Shown here piece by piece: positions 38,111-50,176 of a stretch of DNA of 53,102 nt. Under the pieces are notes generated by a model. It made no database searches. It saw only the letters and a program-made list of their open reading frames with translations, and had not been told where the DNA came from. A program made the translations under genes and the position numbers. The stretch comes from Macrostomum lignano. Its lineage: Eukaryota. Numbering within the stretch: position 1 is the stretch's first letter; each line of letters starts with the position of its first letter. Location of the stretch: positions 1 to 53,102 of the forward strand of contig NIVC01003029.1 in assembly GCA_002269645.1 (NCBI GenBank), written 5' to 3'.

Positions 38111-38519
38111 GCAATTCATCTGGCTGCAATTCTGGTTTTCATCTGTGAGTGTAATGTCATTTGAAAACTGGAGAAAAGCTGAAAGTTTTGTCTACAAACC
38201 AGACAAACACGTTTCATGTCTCCAGTTTCATCTGGAATTGAATCCAACATATATCCAAAAATATCTCCAGTTTGCTACCCGAGAAATACTGGAGGATAAC
38301 TGGAAAAATATCCAGATTAAAACCAGACAATTGTCCTATTGTAGGCAGTACAGGAGGAATTCTAGATGAAAAGCAGGCCAAATGCACAAAAGCCATTGTA
38401 TTTTGTAACTCAGTCATAGAGTGCATACATAGAACATCTGTCATTTGTTGTCTGATTATATACTAAGGTAAAACGAATAATTTGACTTTACTTTGCTCGT
38501 TTATCAAAGAAATATATTA

Positions 38520-38558
38520 GACCCTGAAGAAAGCCTCGTTCTAGCTGAAATATTGGTC
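38520..38558 (+). ncRNA. Type I minimal hammerhead ribozyme motif (Penelope-like element type)
   Basis: GACC-CTGAAGA-A-AGC(ctcgttcta)GCT-GAAA-TAT-T-GGTC: 4-bp stem I, intact core, 3-bp stem II, palindromic ATAT stem III. Confidence 0.6.
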
Positions 38559-38612
38559 ATTTTCTAGTTTAAGTGTGAAGTAGCTTCCACTTTGTGTGTG
38601 GTTTGTTTTACG

Positions 38613-38779
<167 letters not shown>

Positions 38780-39025
38780 GAGGGATCATTGATGGCAAAA
38801 GTGTATAATGCATTCCATTTTGCTACTTGTATACACACTGTAAAACAGCATTTATTATAAAAAGAAAGTCACATTATTATTCATCAAATGTGCATTAATA
38901 ATTGCAACATTCGGAATATTAGCATGGGTGTATTAGGTAGAAAATCATTTTATTTCGTCGAAGCAAAATAACATTAAAATTATAGCAAAAGGGCTTGTTT
39001 AGTAAGACATTATAAACAGCTTTAA

Positions 39026-41685
39026 CCCTCAAACAGTTAAAGAAAAAATAGTCTGTTTCTTTTTTCTGGGGTCCAATGGACCCCATTCAGAATCTGATGC
39101 TGAGCACAACAGATTATTTGTGTAGTTTATTTGACTATTAATTTTAATATTAATTATTATTTGACTTTATTAAGTACAGGTGTTTGCAAAGCACAGAACA
39201 GGTGTTTGCACACAGATGACAGTTACATGAAAATTAGGCGATAGTCATATTTACATGTAAGTACAAATTCATGATGCTGAGCAATTAAAAGAAGCTGCAA
39301 AAAGTGTACAATCAGAACTTGCACATAGCTCTGTGCTTATGATAAGTTATGGAAAATTTAGATTTTGAGATTTGAGATTAAATTTTTGAGATTACTTATT
39401 ATAAGTATGTAATATGTATATATGGTATGTATATGTTGTATTATAGCCAGTTATGCTATCAGCTCATCTTGCTCAAGTGTTAAAGGCAATTTTGTAGCAA
39501 GTTCTGAATTGTAATAACTTTGAAATAGCAGAAATGATGCTCGTACAGCAAGTCACTCAGGCATATCGCCCGTGCAGGCCAGGCAGATTTCCTGCAGATG
39601 CTCGGCACAGCAGAACCTGTCGCAGTGTGTGCAGCGAGTTCGCGTCTTGCGGTCCTTTGAGCGGCCGCACATGTGACACCTGCCCCTCTGCACTCCATGT
39701 ACAGGTACTGTAGCAGGTGGGTTCCTCCCAGCTTCTACCTGGTATCTCAGTGGCTGTGTCAAGGCCCTGCCAAGCGCTACCAGATACAGTCGGCGTCGAT
39801 GCGGAGCATTCGCGAATCTGTTCGGAAAAACAGTCTGGTGCAGCAGGAAGGAGTTCAGGCCAGCGATGTTCAGAAGATTACAGAACACCGGAACGTGCCA
39901 TCGCCTGGACTTGTACTTCGTTGAGTAGCAGGATGTCATCTGATCCATGAGATCAGTGCCACCCTTCGTGGCGTTGTAGTCCAGAATGACTTGGGGCTTC
40001 TGGGCCGGATGCGCCGAGACAGCAGGGCTGCTGTGCTGAGAGGACAAAATCAGCACAAGCTTGTTCGGCTTGGCCTTGTAGGCAGCCAGCTGAATCTTGT
40101 CCTCCTCGGTGTAAACAAACTCGGTAGAGTGAAGCTGCCTGTTTCGGCAACTTCTCATCTGCAGAGGTACCTCTCGGCGATGTGACCTCATGCTACCGAG
40201 TAGCGTCAGATTCCAGCGCTGAAGTCTTCTTGCCAGGCTCAGTGAACAGAAGAAGTTGTCCACCGTGATTCCCATTCCTGATCCTCGAAGGCCTTCAGCC
40301 AACCTCAGCACAACATGCTCACCAAGACTCACCTCCCGGTCCTCCTCACGCCCAACGTACATCTGCAGGTTCCAGCAGTAAGCATTGGCTGCATCATTGA
40401 GGCACCAGAATTTGAGTCCGTACTTTGCCGGCTTCATCGGCATGTACTGGATGTAGCGGCAGCGGCCACGGTAGGGAAACAGTTGCTCATCGACTGTCAC
40501 TGCTCCGGAAGGCACGTAGCTTCGCTGCGAATTGCTCACTAATCCATCGAGCAGGAGGCGAACTGCTGCAAGCTTGTCCCTCTGCAGCCTGGCTGCTCTC
40601 GTTTCTCGATTGTCGAACCGAAGAAATCGGAGAAGACTCTTGAAGCGAGAAAGACTCATCGTCTCGGCAAAGATCTTTCGGCCACAGTCTGCGCTCCAGA
40701 GCTCCTCGATGCTCTCCATGTTGCCCTTGAAGACGCCACGGAGGAAGCAGAGGCCGATGTAGCCATACATTTCCACTCTGGTTGTCGGCAACCAGGCCTG
40801 GCCGAGAACTCTTGTGGCCTCTCGATTCGTCTCCACAACAATTGTGTCGACCATGTCTGCGTCAAACAGGAGTTTGAATGCTGACTCCTCGTCGTGAAGC
40901 CTTGCTGTAGCAAACTGTGTGATGCCAGGCCGGAGACGCAGAATGTTACCTGCTGGCCGCTGTCCACATCTTGCAGGAGGATTTGTGCTCCAAGCCTGGC
41001 CACTTGGACTCACGTAGCGATGACCAACTGCTTCAGCCTGAGCCGCGGGCTCGGGCGACTCCGGCCTAGAACAGCTGCTTGATGAGCCATCGGAGGCGTC
41101 AGAAAGGGCCACTTCTAGCTCCGCCTCCTCAATGTCAGACAGATGTTCTTCTTTATCAGACTCCTCAAGGTCAATCTGCGCATCTGGCATGTTCATCTCT
41201 CTGCCGAGAATCCTCTCGAGTGCACACGATTTGGCTTCCCGCGTGGATCTCGCCATCAGTGTCGGCAGCGCTTTCAGTGGCGGATTGACAAAGTTGCCAG
41301 AGTTGTACGCGATAGTTGAACTTATCAACTGAAGCTGATTGCCGTTAGAACACACAAGTCAGTTGCGGTAGGCAGCAGACATAAAATAGTCGTGAGAGTT
41401 GCTTTGTGGAATCATATTTATATGACTGGGCATCAACCATAGATATCACAACAATATTATGGGCTTGCTTGTCTGGGGTCCCTTGGACCCCAGAATTCAT
41501 TCAACCGAATAAGTCCAATTATTCAAGATATTAAACCTGTCACACAATTGAGTTTCTATGGGCATAGAAAAGCCATAGAAAAAGTAATTCTCCAAAAATA
41601 TTGGCCTGCTATTGTACACATGCCCCCTGCAAATGGTTTCTAATTTGCCTCTGGGGTCCAATGGACCCCAAAAACCATTTGAGGG
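39026..41685 (-). mobile_element. Full-length piggyBac transposon (2660 bp)
   Basis: TTAA TSDs at 39022-39025 and 41686-41689. Terminal CCCTCAAA inverted repeats. Subterminal palindromes TGGGGTCC-N3-GGACCCCA near 39067, 41474 and 41652. Uninterrupted transposase ORF. Confidence 0.95.
39553..41256 (-). CDS. piggyBac transposase, 567 aa from the first ATG (ORF track starts at an upstream GTG, 41355)
   Basis: DDD triad VTVDEQL / ITVDNFF / KGGTDLMD. C-terminal Cys-rich domain CHMC..CTHC..CCAEH..CLAC. No internal stop. Confidence 0.93.
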   Translation of the reverse strand: MARSTREAKSCALERILGREMNMPDAQIDLEESDKEEHLSDIEEAELEVALSDASDGSSSSCSRPESPEPAAQAEAVGHRYVSPSGQAWSTNPPARCGQRPAGNILRLRPGITQFATARLHDEESAFKLLFDADMVDTIVVETNREATRVLGQAWLPTTRVEMYGYIGLCFLRGVFKGNMESIEELWSADCGRKIFAETMSLSRFKSLLRFLRFDNRETRAARLQRDKLAAVRLLLDGLVSNSQRSYVPSGAVTVDEQLFPYRGRCRYIQYMPMKPAKYGLKFWCLNDAANAYCWNLQMYVGREEDREVSLGEHVVLRLAEGLRGSGMGITVDNFFCSLSLARRLQRWNLTLLGSMRSHRREVPLQMRSCRNRQLHSTEFVYTEEDKIQLAAYKAKPNKLVLILSSQHSSPAVSAHPAQKPQVILDYNATKGGTDLMDQMTSCYSTKYKSRRWHVPVFCNLLNIAGLNSFLLHQTVFPNRFANAPHRRRLYLVALGRALTQPLRYQVEAGRNPPATVPVHGVQRGRCHMCGRSKDRKTRTRCTHCDRFCCAEHLQEICLACTGDMPE

Positions 41686-42104
41686 TTAAACTTACTGATA
41701 TGACATCATGAAGTTTGTGCATAATATATTCACTGGATATGCACTCCCAATTTTTTATTATATAGATGGAGAACTGCATAATATCATTTCAATGCTTTTG
41801 GTGTGATAGCTTAATGTCTTTACAAATTTTGTATCTTTTTTAAAATGGTCAAGTAACTGAAATATGAGACAATCCTATAAATAAAACTGCATAACTCATA
41901 TAGAAGTCGCTTGAGCTGCCAAAACTATTGGAGCAGACAAGTTTTTTAAAGAGAATTACTAGAAAGACGCTGGGTGCTACCTTGTCAAGGGTACCCCCAC
42001 AGCAAGGGTTTTGCTACTCCTTAAAAAGGGGGTCTACTATACCCCAGTATGCTCGCTTTTGGGCTACATAAAAGCTTCTAGTAAAACATAATAAAAATTT
42101 TGTC

Positions 42105-42735
42105 ATGTGTCCTGTCAGGTTTTAGAGAATGTGATATTTAGGGATTGTGATGTGTCTTGTAAGATGTTAGAGAATGTGATATTTAGGGATTGTGATGTGT
42201 CTTATAAGATTTTAGAGAATGTGATATTTAGGGATTGTGATGTGTCTTGTAAGATGTTAGAGAATGTGATATTTAGGGATTGTGATGTGTCTTACAAGAT
42301 TTTAGAGAATGTGATATTTAGGGATTGTGATGTGTCTTGTAAGATGTTAGAGAATGTGATATTTAGGGATTGTGATGTGTCTTATAAGATTTTAGAGAAT
42401 GTGATATTTAGGGATTGTGATGTGTCTTGTAAGATGTTAGAGAATGTGATATTTAGGGATTGTGATGTGTCTTATAAGATGTTAGAGAATGTGATATTTA
42501 GGGATTGTGATGTGTCTTGTAAGATTTTAGAGAATGTGATATTTAGGGATTGTGATGTGTCTTATAAGATTTTAGAGAATGTGATATTTAGGGATTGTGA
42601 TGTGTCTTGTAAGATGTTAGAGAATGTGATATTTAGGGATTGTGATGTGTCTTATAAGATGTTAGAGAATGTGATATTTAGGGATTGTGATGTGTCTTGT
42701 AAGATTTTAGAGAATGTGATATTTAGGGGTTATGA
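42105..42735. repeat. 45-bp minisatellite upstream of USP30
   Basis: About 14 copies of ttagagaatgtgatatttagggattgtgatgtgtcttgtaagatg. Confidence 0.97.
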
Positions 42736-42959
42736 TATTTAAGAGTCTATGATGTAGGTTGCTTTTAGAGAATTTGACTTTTAGGGTTTGTGATAGCGCG
42801 CAGATTCCATTGTCATAGTTTTTTTGTTTGAATACTTATGAGTCTGCAAATATAAGGAACAAATATTTAATGGAGAATATTACTAACAAATAACTTCAGC
42901 CACTGCTGGTGCGCTCTGTCCACAGCCCAGCTAGGCGCGCCCTGGTTGGCCCGGGCGTC

Positions 42960-43142
42960 ATGCCAGCTCGGTTACTCATAATGAGTGGCGTCGGTTTAAC
43001 ATTGCTGTATATTCTTTGGCCATTGTTGGCCAATTGGTTGCGCATTGGCGCCGGTGGCTGGCGCTGGCGCCGGCGGGTTCGTCGGGCGCCGCCTGGGCTA
43101 GTTAATTATGGCAATTCCTGCTATGCTAACTGCCTGCTGCAG
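42960..43142 (+). CDS. USP30: USP30-like deubiquitinase, exon 1
   Basis: N-terminal hydrophobic helix followed by basic residues (RWRRRVRR), then Cys box GLVNYGNSCYANCLLQ. Donor CAG|GTGCGC, phase 0. The start could instead be ATG 42981. Confidence 0.85.
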
Positions 43143-43199
43143 GTGCGCTATGCAATATGTAGCTGGAATTCAGATTTGTATTTGCTGAGTTCAGTTACA

Positions 43200-43389
43200 T
43201 AACAGCAACAACAAAAACACAACCAGTACCACCAAAAACAAAAACAACAAACAGCAGCAGCACCACCTAACAACAACAAAATCATCATCACCACCACCAC
43301 CACCAACATCAACAACAACAGAAACAACAACAGCAACAATAACAGCACCAGCAGCACAACAACAACACCGGCCACACCACCACCACCAC

Positions 43390-43420
<31 letters not shown>

Positions 43421-43510
43421 AACAACACCACCACCACACCACCACCAACAACAACAACAACAACAGCAACAACAACAACAACAACACCACCACCACACCA
43501 CCACCACCAC

Positions 43511-43542
<32 letters not shown>

Positions 43543-43711
43543 ACACCACCACACCACCACCACCAACAACAACAACAGCAGCAGCAACAACAACAACAGC
43601 AACACCACCACACCACCACCACCACCAACAACAACAACAGCAGCAGCAACAACAACAACAACACCACCACCACACCACCACCACCAACAACAACAACAGC
43701 AGCAGCAACAA

Positions 43712-43742
<31 letters not shown>

Positions 43743-43832
43743 AGCAACACCACCACACCACCACCACCACCAACAACAACAACAGCAGCAGCAACAACAA
43801 CAACAACACCACCACCACACCACCACCACCAA

Positions 43833-43863
<31 letters not shown>

Positions 43864-43893
43864 AGAAACACCACACCACACCACCACCACGAC

Positions 43894-43924
<31 letters not shown>

Positions 43925-44160
43925 AACAACAACACCACCACACCACCACCAACAACAACAACAACAACAGCAGCAGCAGCAACAACAACAGCAACAATAA
44001 CAACACCAACAGCACAATATCAACAACAACAATAACAAAACTACCATCACCTCCTCCTCCACAATCACCATCACCACCACCACCTCTACCACCACTAACA
44101 ACAACACCAGCACCACCACAATCACCACCACCACTAATAACAACAGCAACAATAACAAGA
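43200..44160. repeat. Cryptic (CAA/CAC/CAG)n trinucleotide tract filling USP30 intron 1
   Basis: Alternating runs of caa, cac and cag; + strand almost free of T. Confidence 0.95.
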
Positions 44161-44317
44161 CACATACATACATGCATGGATGTCTAGTCTGCGACACCCG
44201 CGTCTGTTGTCCATTCAATAGGAATGAATATTGAATACGAGCTAGAGGTTTGCAAAAGTTTTGAAACCATATGTATTTATTGATAGAACTCTTATGCTAT
44301 TGCTGTGTCTGGCGCAG

Positions 44318-44697
44318 GCCCTGTCCAGCTGCGACGCTTTCTGCGCCGACTTGGCCAGCCGGGTCGCCTGGGCAGCCGACGTCGAGGCCGACAATCCTTC
44401 GGCTACTGCGGGGTTGTCGCTCTCGGTTCAGCTGAATCGCTTGCTGGCTGGATTGCGCGGCGAAGGCAGAGGTGAGGGTGATGGCGACGGTGAGACTAGA
44501 CAGGCTTCGGGCGAAGTCGACGCTCTAGAATTGTTGAATGCGCTTCGTGACCGCGAATGGGACCGGACGGCCGGGCAGCAGGACGCACACGAGCTGCTGG
44601 CAACCCTGCTGCAGGCGGTCAACGAGGAGCTGCTGCAGGCTGAGCGACTGCGCAGACAGCCGAGCCTCACTACGGCATCGGCTGGGGGGCCGGACTG
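44318..44697 (+). CDS. USP30: USP30-like deubiquitinase, exon 2
   Basis: Acceptor ctggcgcag, phase 0. Encodes ALSSC..QQDAHELL. Donor TG|GTGAGC, phase 2. Confidence 0.88.
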
Positions 44698-44699
44698 GT

Positions 44700-45243
<544 letters not shown>

Positions 45244-45619
45244 AACAAAATCAATGGATGATATCAATAGAAACATCTTTGCAGACAGACAGTTTGTAAC
45301 AAAGTTTCAATTTGAATTGACACAATTAAGCACTTGCAGATGTATAGTTCGCAGCGAAGACAAAACAAGTTAAAGCAGGTGTTTCAGGTTATTAGCTTCT
45401 CATCTTAATATATGTCATTCAATGGAGGCAAATTAGCCTCTTCAAATTGGACTGTCAGTTAACAGGGCTCCAAAACTTTCCTCTTTAAACAATTTGAGAC
45501 GCTGCCAATCATTGATGTGGCTCAAGTGTAAACCTATATAAATATTTCTGAGAATTTTCTTGCTAGACACGAAACACGCGTCCAGCCGGCAGCAGATAAT
45601 ATTCACGGCTGTAAGAACC

Positions 45620-45897
45620 AAGGACTGTCAGAACTAGGGACTGTCAGAACCAGGGACTGTCAGAACCAGGGACTGTCAGAACTAGGGACTGTCAGAACCA
45701 GGGACTTTCAGAACCAGGGACTGACAGATTCTGAACCGTCAGATCCGAGGATGTCAGATCCGAGGATGTCAGATCCGAGGATGTCAGATCCGAGGATGTC
45801 AGATCCGAGGATGTCAGATCCGAGGATGTCAGATCCGAGGATGTCAGATCCGAGGATGTCAGATCCGAGGATGTCAGATCCGAGGATGTCAGATCCT
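45620..45897. repeat. Adjacent 16-bp and 15-bp minisatellites in USP30 intron 2
   Basis: (gactgtcagaaccagg)n followed by (gtcagatccgaggat)n. Confidence 0.92.
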
Positions 45898-45980
45898 GAA
45901 CCTGCCAGATTTGGGACTGTCAGATCCGTAAATTAGAGTTTGAGGCAGTCAATTATCAATTCAATCGTCAATTCCCGCAG

Positions 45981-46340
45981 CGTTACACCGGAGGTTATTG
46001 AGGTCAACCATCAGCCAGAACCAAGTTCGGCAATAGTTTCGCTTCGCTCTCCGCCAGAGCAGCGCTCGTGGGTCCGCTGCGGTCTAACCCAGACCCGGGT
46101 AAAATGCCTGGACTGCGGCGTCCGCTCCCCCGCTAGGCTGGAGGTTCAGCACTGCGTTAGCCTTTGTCTGCCAACTCGCGGCGACGTCCTGCTGTCCAAT
46201 GGCAGCGGCCCGGTGCCTTTGCAGCAGCTGCTGTTGCGGGCATTTCGAGTCGAATTAATTCGTCGAGCCCGATGCGATCGCTGCTGCCAACCGGATGATG
46301 ATCGAACGGTGACTCTGAGTAAAACTACTCGATTAGCCAG
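45981..46340 (+). CDS. USP30: USP30-like deubiquitinase, exon 3
   Basis: Acceptor ttcccgcag, phase 2. Zn-ribbon CLDC and CDRC motifs. Donor AG|GTTTGT, phase 2. Confidence 0.85.
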
Positions 46341-46439
46341 GTTTGTGTTCGATTTGAATTTTTAACCAGTAGGTTTTCCTTCGATACAGGCCTTAGCAAA
46401 GGTTTCTTTTTATACTACTGAGAGTTCTGGCTTGGTAAC

Positions 46440-46862
46440 AAGGCCTTTTTAGTATTTTGGAAGTGTCCTTAGCAACGGCCTTTTTATTGTTTGGGAAGTG
46501 TCCTTAGCAACGGCCTTTTTATTGTTTGGGAAGTGTCCTTAGCAACGGCCTTTTTAGCTTTTGTAAGAGTCCTTAGCAACGGCCTTTTTATTGTTTGGGA
46601 AGTGTCCTTAGCAACGGCCTTTTTAGTGTTTTGGAAGAGTCCTTAGCAACGGAATAGTGTTATTAGCAACAGCCGCTTTTGATTGGGAAGAGACCTTAGC
46701 AACGACAGGGTTATTAGCAACGACCTCTATTTATTGGGAAGAGTCCTTAGCAACGGACTCTAGTGTTTTGGAAGAGTCCTTAGCAACGACCTCTTCTTGA
46801 TACTTGGGATAGAGCTTAGCAACGGTCACATCAGGCACAATACTAGGAATACGGCATAGCAA
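46440..46862. repeat. 35-bp minisatellite in USP30 intron 3
   Basis: Unit ccttagcaacggcctttttattgtttgggaagtgt, decaying to the right. Confidence 0.9.
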
Positions 46863-46945
46863 CAACTCATCTTAATCGTGAAGGTTTAGAAATAACTCAG
46901 TGTACATGTCTCAATGGACTTTCCGCTCTTCCGTCCGCCTAACAG

Positions 46946-47381
46946 AGCCCCGGCAACCCTGGTGCTGCACCTCCAGCGCGCCGCCTGGAGCGCCGCTCAC
47001 GGCTGCCCGGTGAAGTCTGGCGCCAGCGTAGCCTATCCGCTACTGCTGGACCTGCGCCAGCTCATGCCCGCCTCGCCGCTGCCTTCGCCGGTGGACACTG
47101 AAAGTCCATCGTCTGGCGACGTCGACGACTTTACGTCGATCGTCGAATCGCATCGACAGTCTATTCCGCTTGCTAACAAGCTCTACCGTCTCGTGGCCGT
47201 CATTGTTCACTACGGAGATGACACCAGCGAGGGGCACTACCTGGCCTACCGGTGGCACCGGCCAACCCGGCGCTGGTGGTGCATCTCCGACGATTCGGTG
47301 CTGCCAGTTAGCGAATCCGCCGTGCTGGCTCTGCACGACGTCTACATGCTATTCTATGAGCAGCTTGTTCCATCTATCTGA
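46946..47381 (+). CDS. USP30: USP30-like deubiquitinase, exon 4
   Basis: Acceptor cctaacag. LVLHLQR; His box YRLVAVIVHYG..SEGHYLAYR; WWCISDDSV with Ser at the third catalytic position as in USP30; YMLFYE. Four exons total 1359 nt = 452 aa plus stop. Confidence 0.9.
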
Positions 47382-47529
47382 ACCCGCGTCTGCTACTGAT
47401 TGCCATGGCGACCGGCTGGACGGCCAATAAGTTTTTTATAGTGCTAATTAGTAATCATTATATTCTTCCCTTTCTCTGTCTTCCCTCTCGTCTGTTTGTC
47501 CCGGCCCGGCCCCTTTACTCCTCTTGCTT

Positions 47530-48130
47530 CCTTCTCTCCGTCTATCCCCTCCCCTGCCTATCCCTTCCTGTCTATCCCCTCCCTTGCCTATCCCCTCCTG
47601 TCTATCCTCTCCCCTGTCTATCCCTCCTGTCTATCCCCTCCCTTGCCTATCCCCTCCTGTCTATCCCTCCCCTGCCTATCCCCTCCTGTCTATCCCCTCT
47701 CCTGTCTATCCCCTCCCCTGTCTATCCCTCTCCTGTCTATCCCCTCTCCTGTCTATCCCTCCCCTGTCTATCCTCTCCCCTGTCTTTCCCCTCTCCTGTC
47801 TATCCCCTCTCCTGTCTATCCCCTCCCCTGTCTATCCCTCCCCTGTCTATCCTCTCCCCTGTCTATCCCCTCCCCTGCCTATCGCCTCCTGTCTATCCTC
47901 TTCCCTGTCTATCCCTACTGTCTATCCCCTCCTGTCTATCCCCTCTCCTGTCTATCCCCTCTCCTGTCTACCCCTCTCCTGTCTATCCCCTCCCCTGTCT
48001 ATCCCCTCCCCTGTCTATCCCCTCACCTGCCTATCGCCTCCTGTCTATCCTCTTCCCTGTCTATCCCCCCTGTCTATCCCCTCCTGTCTCCTGCCTATCC
48101 CTTCCTCTGTCTATCCCCCTCCCTCCATCC
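47530..48130. repeat. ~12-bp pyrimidine-rich degenerate repeat
   Basis: (cctgtctatcccct)-like units. Confidence 0.9.
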
Positions 48131-48649
48131 CCTCCCCTTTTTCCCGTCTGCATAATCCCTTAAAAACCTCTTGATCCAGACAAATAATCACCCTGATTTG
48201 GATGGTGGCTTACTTTTGTACTGCCAATTTTCATATTTTAGTAACTAAATTAGTACATTTGATTCATTTGCAAAACTGTATGTCACATACGCGCATTATG
48301 TACTGAATGTGTACGCCCAAGTCCTTCGTTTTGCCCATTCTGGATGCTCTATTTTTCTATTTTGTTCGTTCGATATTACTTGATAAATTATAAGTAGTAT
48401 TGCAAGAGATAGCAGAAAGAAATTGGATACAAAGCATTTCATATCGCTCCGCCACACGGATCGTTGATTCAATAAGCAATTTATTAGCAATGCCGATGTC
48501 TTTGCGAGTAGAATTAAGTCATTTTTTATCATATTTACCTGTCGCAGTAATTAGTCCTGTACAAAGTACTAATGTGTTGATTTCGGCCATTTAATGTTTA
48601 CTATGTTGTTTAAACCCCTATTTTACCCGCACGGCTATCTCTCTTATCA

Positions 48650-48709
48650 TCTGTCTGTCTGTCTCTCTGTCTGTCTGTCCTTCTGTCTTTTTGTCTTTCT
48701 CTGTCTGGC

Positions 48710-48756
<47 letters not shown>

Positions 48757-48900
48757 GTGTCTGTCTTTCTCTGTCTGGCTGTCTGGCTGTCTGTCTGAGT
48801 GTCTGTCTCCGTGTCTGTCTTTCTCTATCTGGCTGTCTGGCTGTCTGTCTGTCTGTCTGTCTGTCTGTCTTTCTCTATCTGGCTGTCTGGCTGTCTGTCT
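48650..48900. repeat. (TCTG)n degenerate microsatellite
   Basis: Direct reading. Confidence 0.9.
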
Positions 48901-49128
48901 CTCTCTTGGCCTTCTTATCTTTACCTGTCATTTACCGGTTTCTATCGGTTTTTACCTTCCCGTACTGTATTGATGTGTTGTGTAGGCTGTAAATTCAGAC
49001 AAGAACGTTCAAAAAAAGAATTTTATATTTAACATACTGCATACTCGCATTTACAGTAACTTCACCTTTTTATTTGCAGCGCAGGAAGCCACTAATATCA
49101 GAGAATTTCTGCACGAATATCGGCAGCC

Positions 49129-49515
49129 ATGATGATGCTGAATAGATCATCGCCAGCAAATTCAGAGTCGGCAGCGGAGGCACCGACGGCGTCGGCTCCC
49201 GCCGTTCTGTCGTTGAGCAAGTCGGAGCCGCGCGACTCAGACAACGACGAAAACATTGACGTTGGCGCCGCCGCGGCGGCCCCTTTTATTGGAGAGCTGG
49301 CCGACCAGACTGCGGTGCCTTCGACAACCGAGAATCCGCAGTCGATGCATGCTGCTGTCAGCGCGACTGACAGCGTCGGCGGCTGCAGCGGCGTTCGGCG
49401 CAAAGACGTTAAAGTGTGCCGAGTCTGCGGCGACAAAGCGTTAGGCTTTAATTTCGACGCCATCAGCTGCGAAAGTTGCAAGGCGTTCTTTCGGCGGAAT
49501 GCGCTCAAGCAGGAT
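49129..49515 (+). CDS. HR96: HR96/NR1J-type nuclear receptor, coding exon 1 (first zinc finger)
   Basis: CRVCGDKALGFNFDAISCESCKAFFRRNAL; the ESCKA P-box is characteristic of NR1J (HR96/DAF-12). Donor GAT|GTGAGT, phase 0. Confidence 0.92.
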
Positions 49516-49597
49516 GTGAGTCAGTTTTTGATTTGTTGAATGTGGTCGCAGGGTCCTCAAAACTGAAAGTCAGGAGCAAATGCTTCTGGGAGAGATT

Positions 49598-50080
49598 GTG
49601 GTGCTGTAGGACTGTGGTGCTGTAGCATTGTGGTGCTGTAGCATTGTGGTGCTGTAGCATTGTGGTGCTGTAGCATTGTGGTGCTGTAGGACGTGGTGCT
49701 GTAGCATTGTGGTGCTGTAGCATTGTGGTGCTGTAGGACGTGGTGCTGTAGCATTGTGGTGCTGTAGCATTGTGGTGCTGTAGCATTGTGGTGCTGTAGG
49801 ACGTGGTGCTGTAGCATTGTGGTGCTGTAGCATTGTAGTGTTGTAAGATTTGTTTGATAGAAATTCTGTAAGACAGGAGTTCTGTAGAACAGGAGTTTTT
49901 TAGGAGAGGAGTTCTGTAGGACATGTCTGTAGGACATGTCTGTAGGACATGTCTGTAGGACATGGCTGTAGGACAGTTCAGTAGGACAGTTCTGTATGAC
50001 AGGTCTGTAGAACAGGTCTGTAGAACAGGTCTGTAGGACAGGTCTGTAGGACAGGAGTTCTGTAGGACAGGAATTCTGTA
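49598..50080. repeat. 16-bp and ~13-bp minisatellites in HR96 intron 1
   Basis: (tgtagcattgtggtgc)n at about 49598-49840, then (ctgtaggacatgt)-like units. Confidence 0.9.
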
Positions 50081-50176
50081 GAATAAAAATTGCTTTGAGT
50101 TATTAAAACCGTGCTGTTTCCATTGGTCTCACACGAAGCAATATCAAGGAAGCCGCTACACTCAATCAAACACCAG

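Noticed and set aside
42105-42735. TTTAGGG in each 45-bp unit as interstitial telomere
   Set aside because: One isolated heptamer per unit, not tandem telomeric repeat.
43148-44218. Minus-strand poly-V/L/C/W ORFs of 210-356 aa
   Set aside because: Translations of the intronic CAA/CAC/CAG tract.
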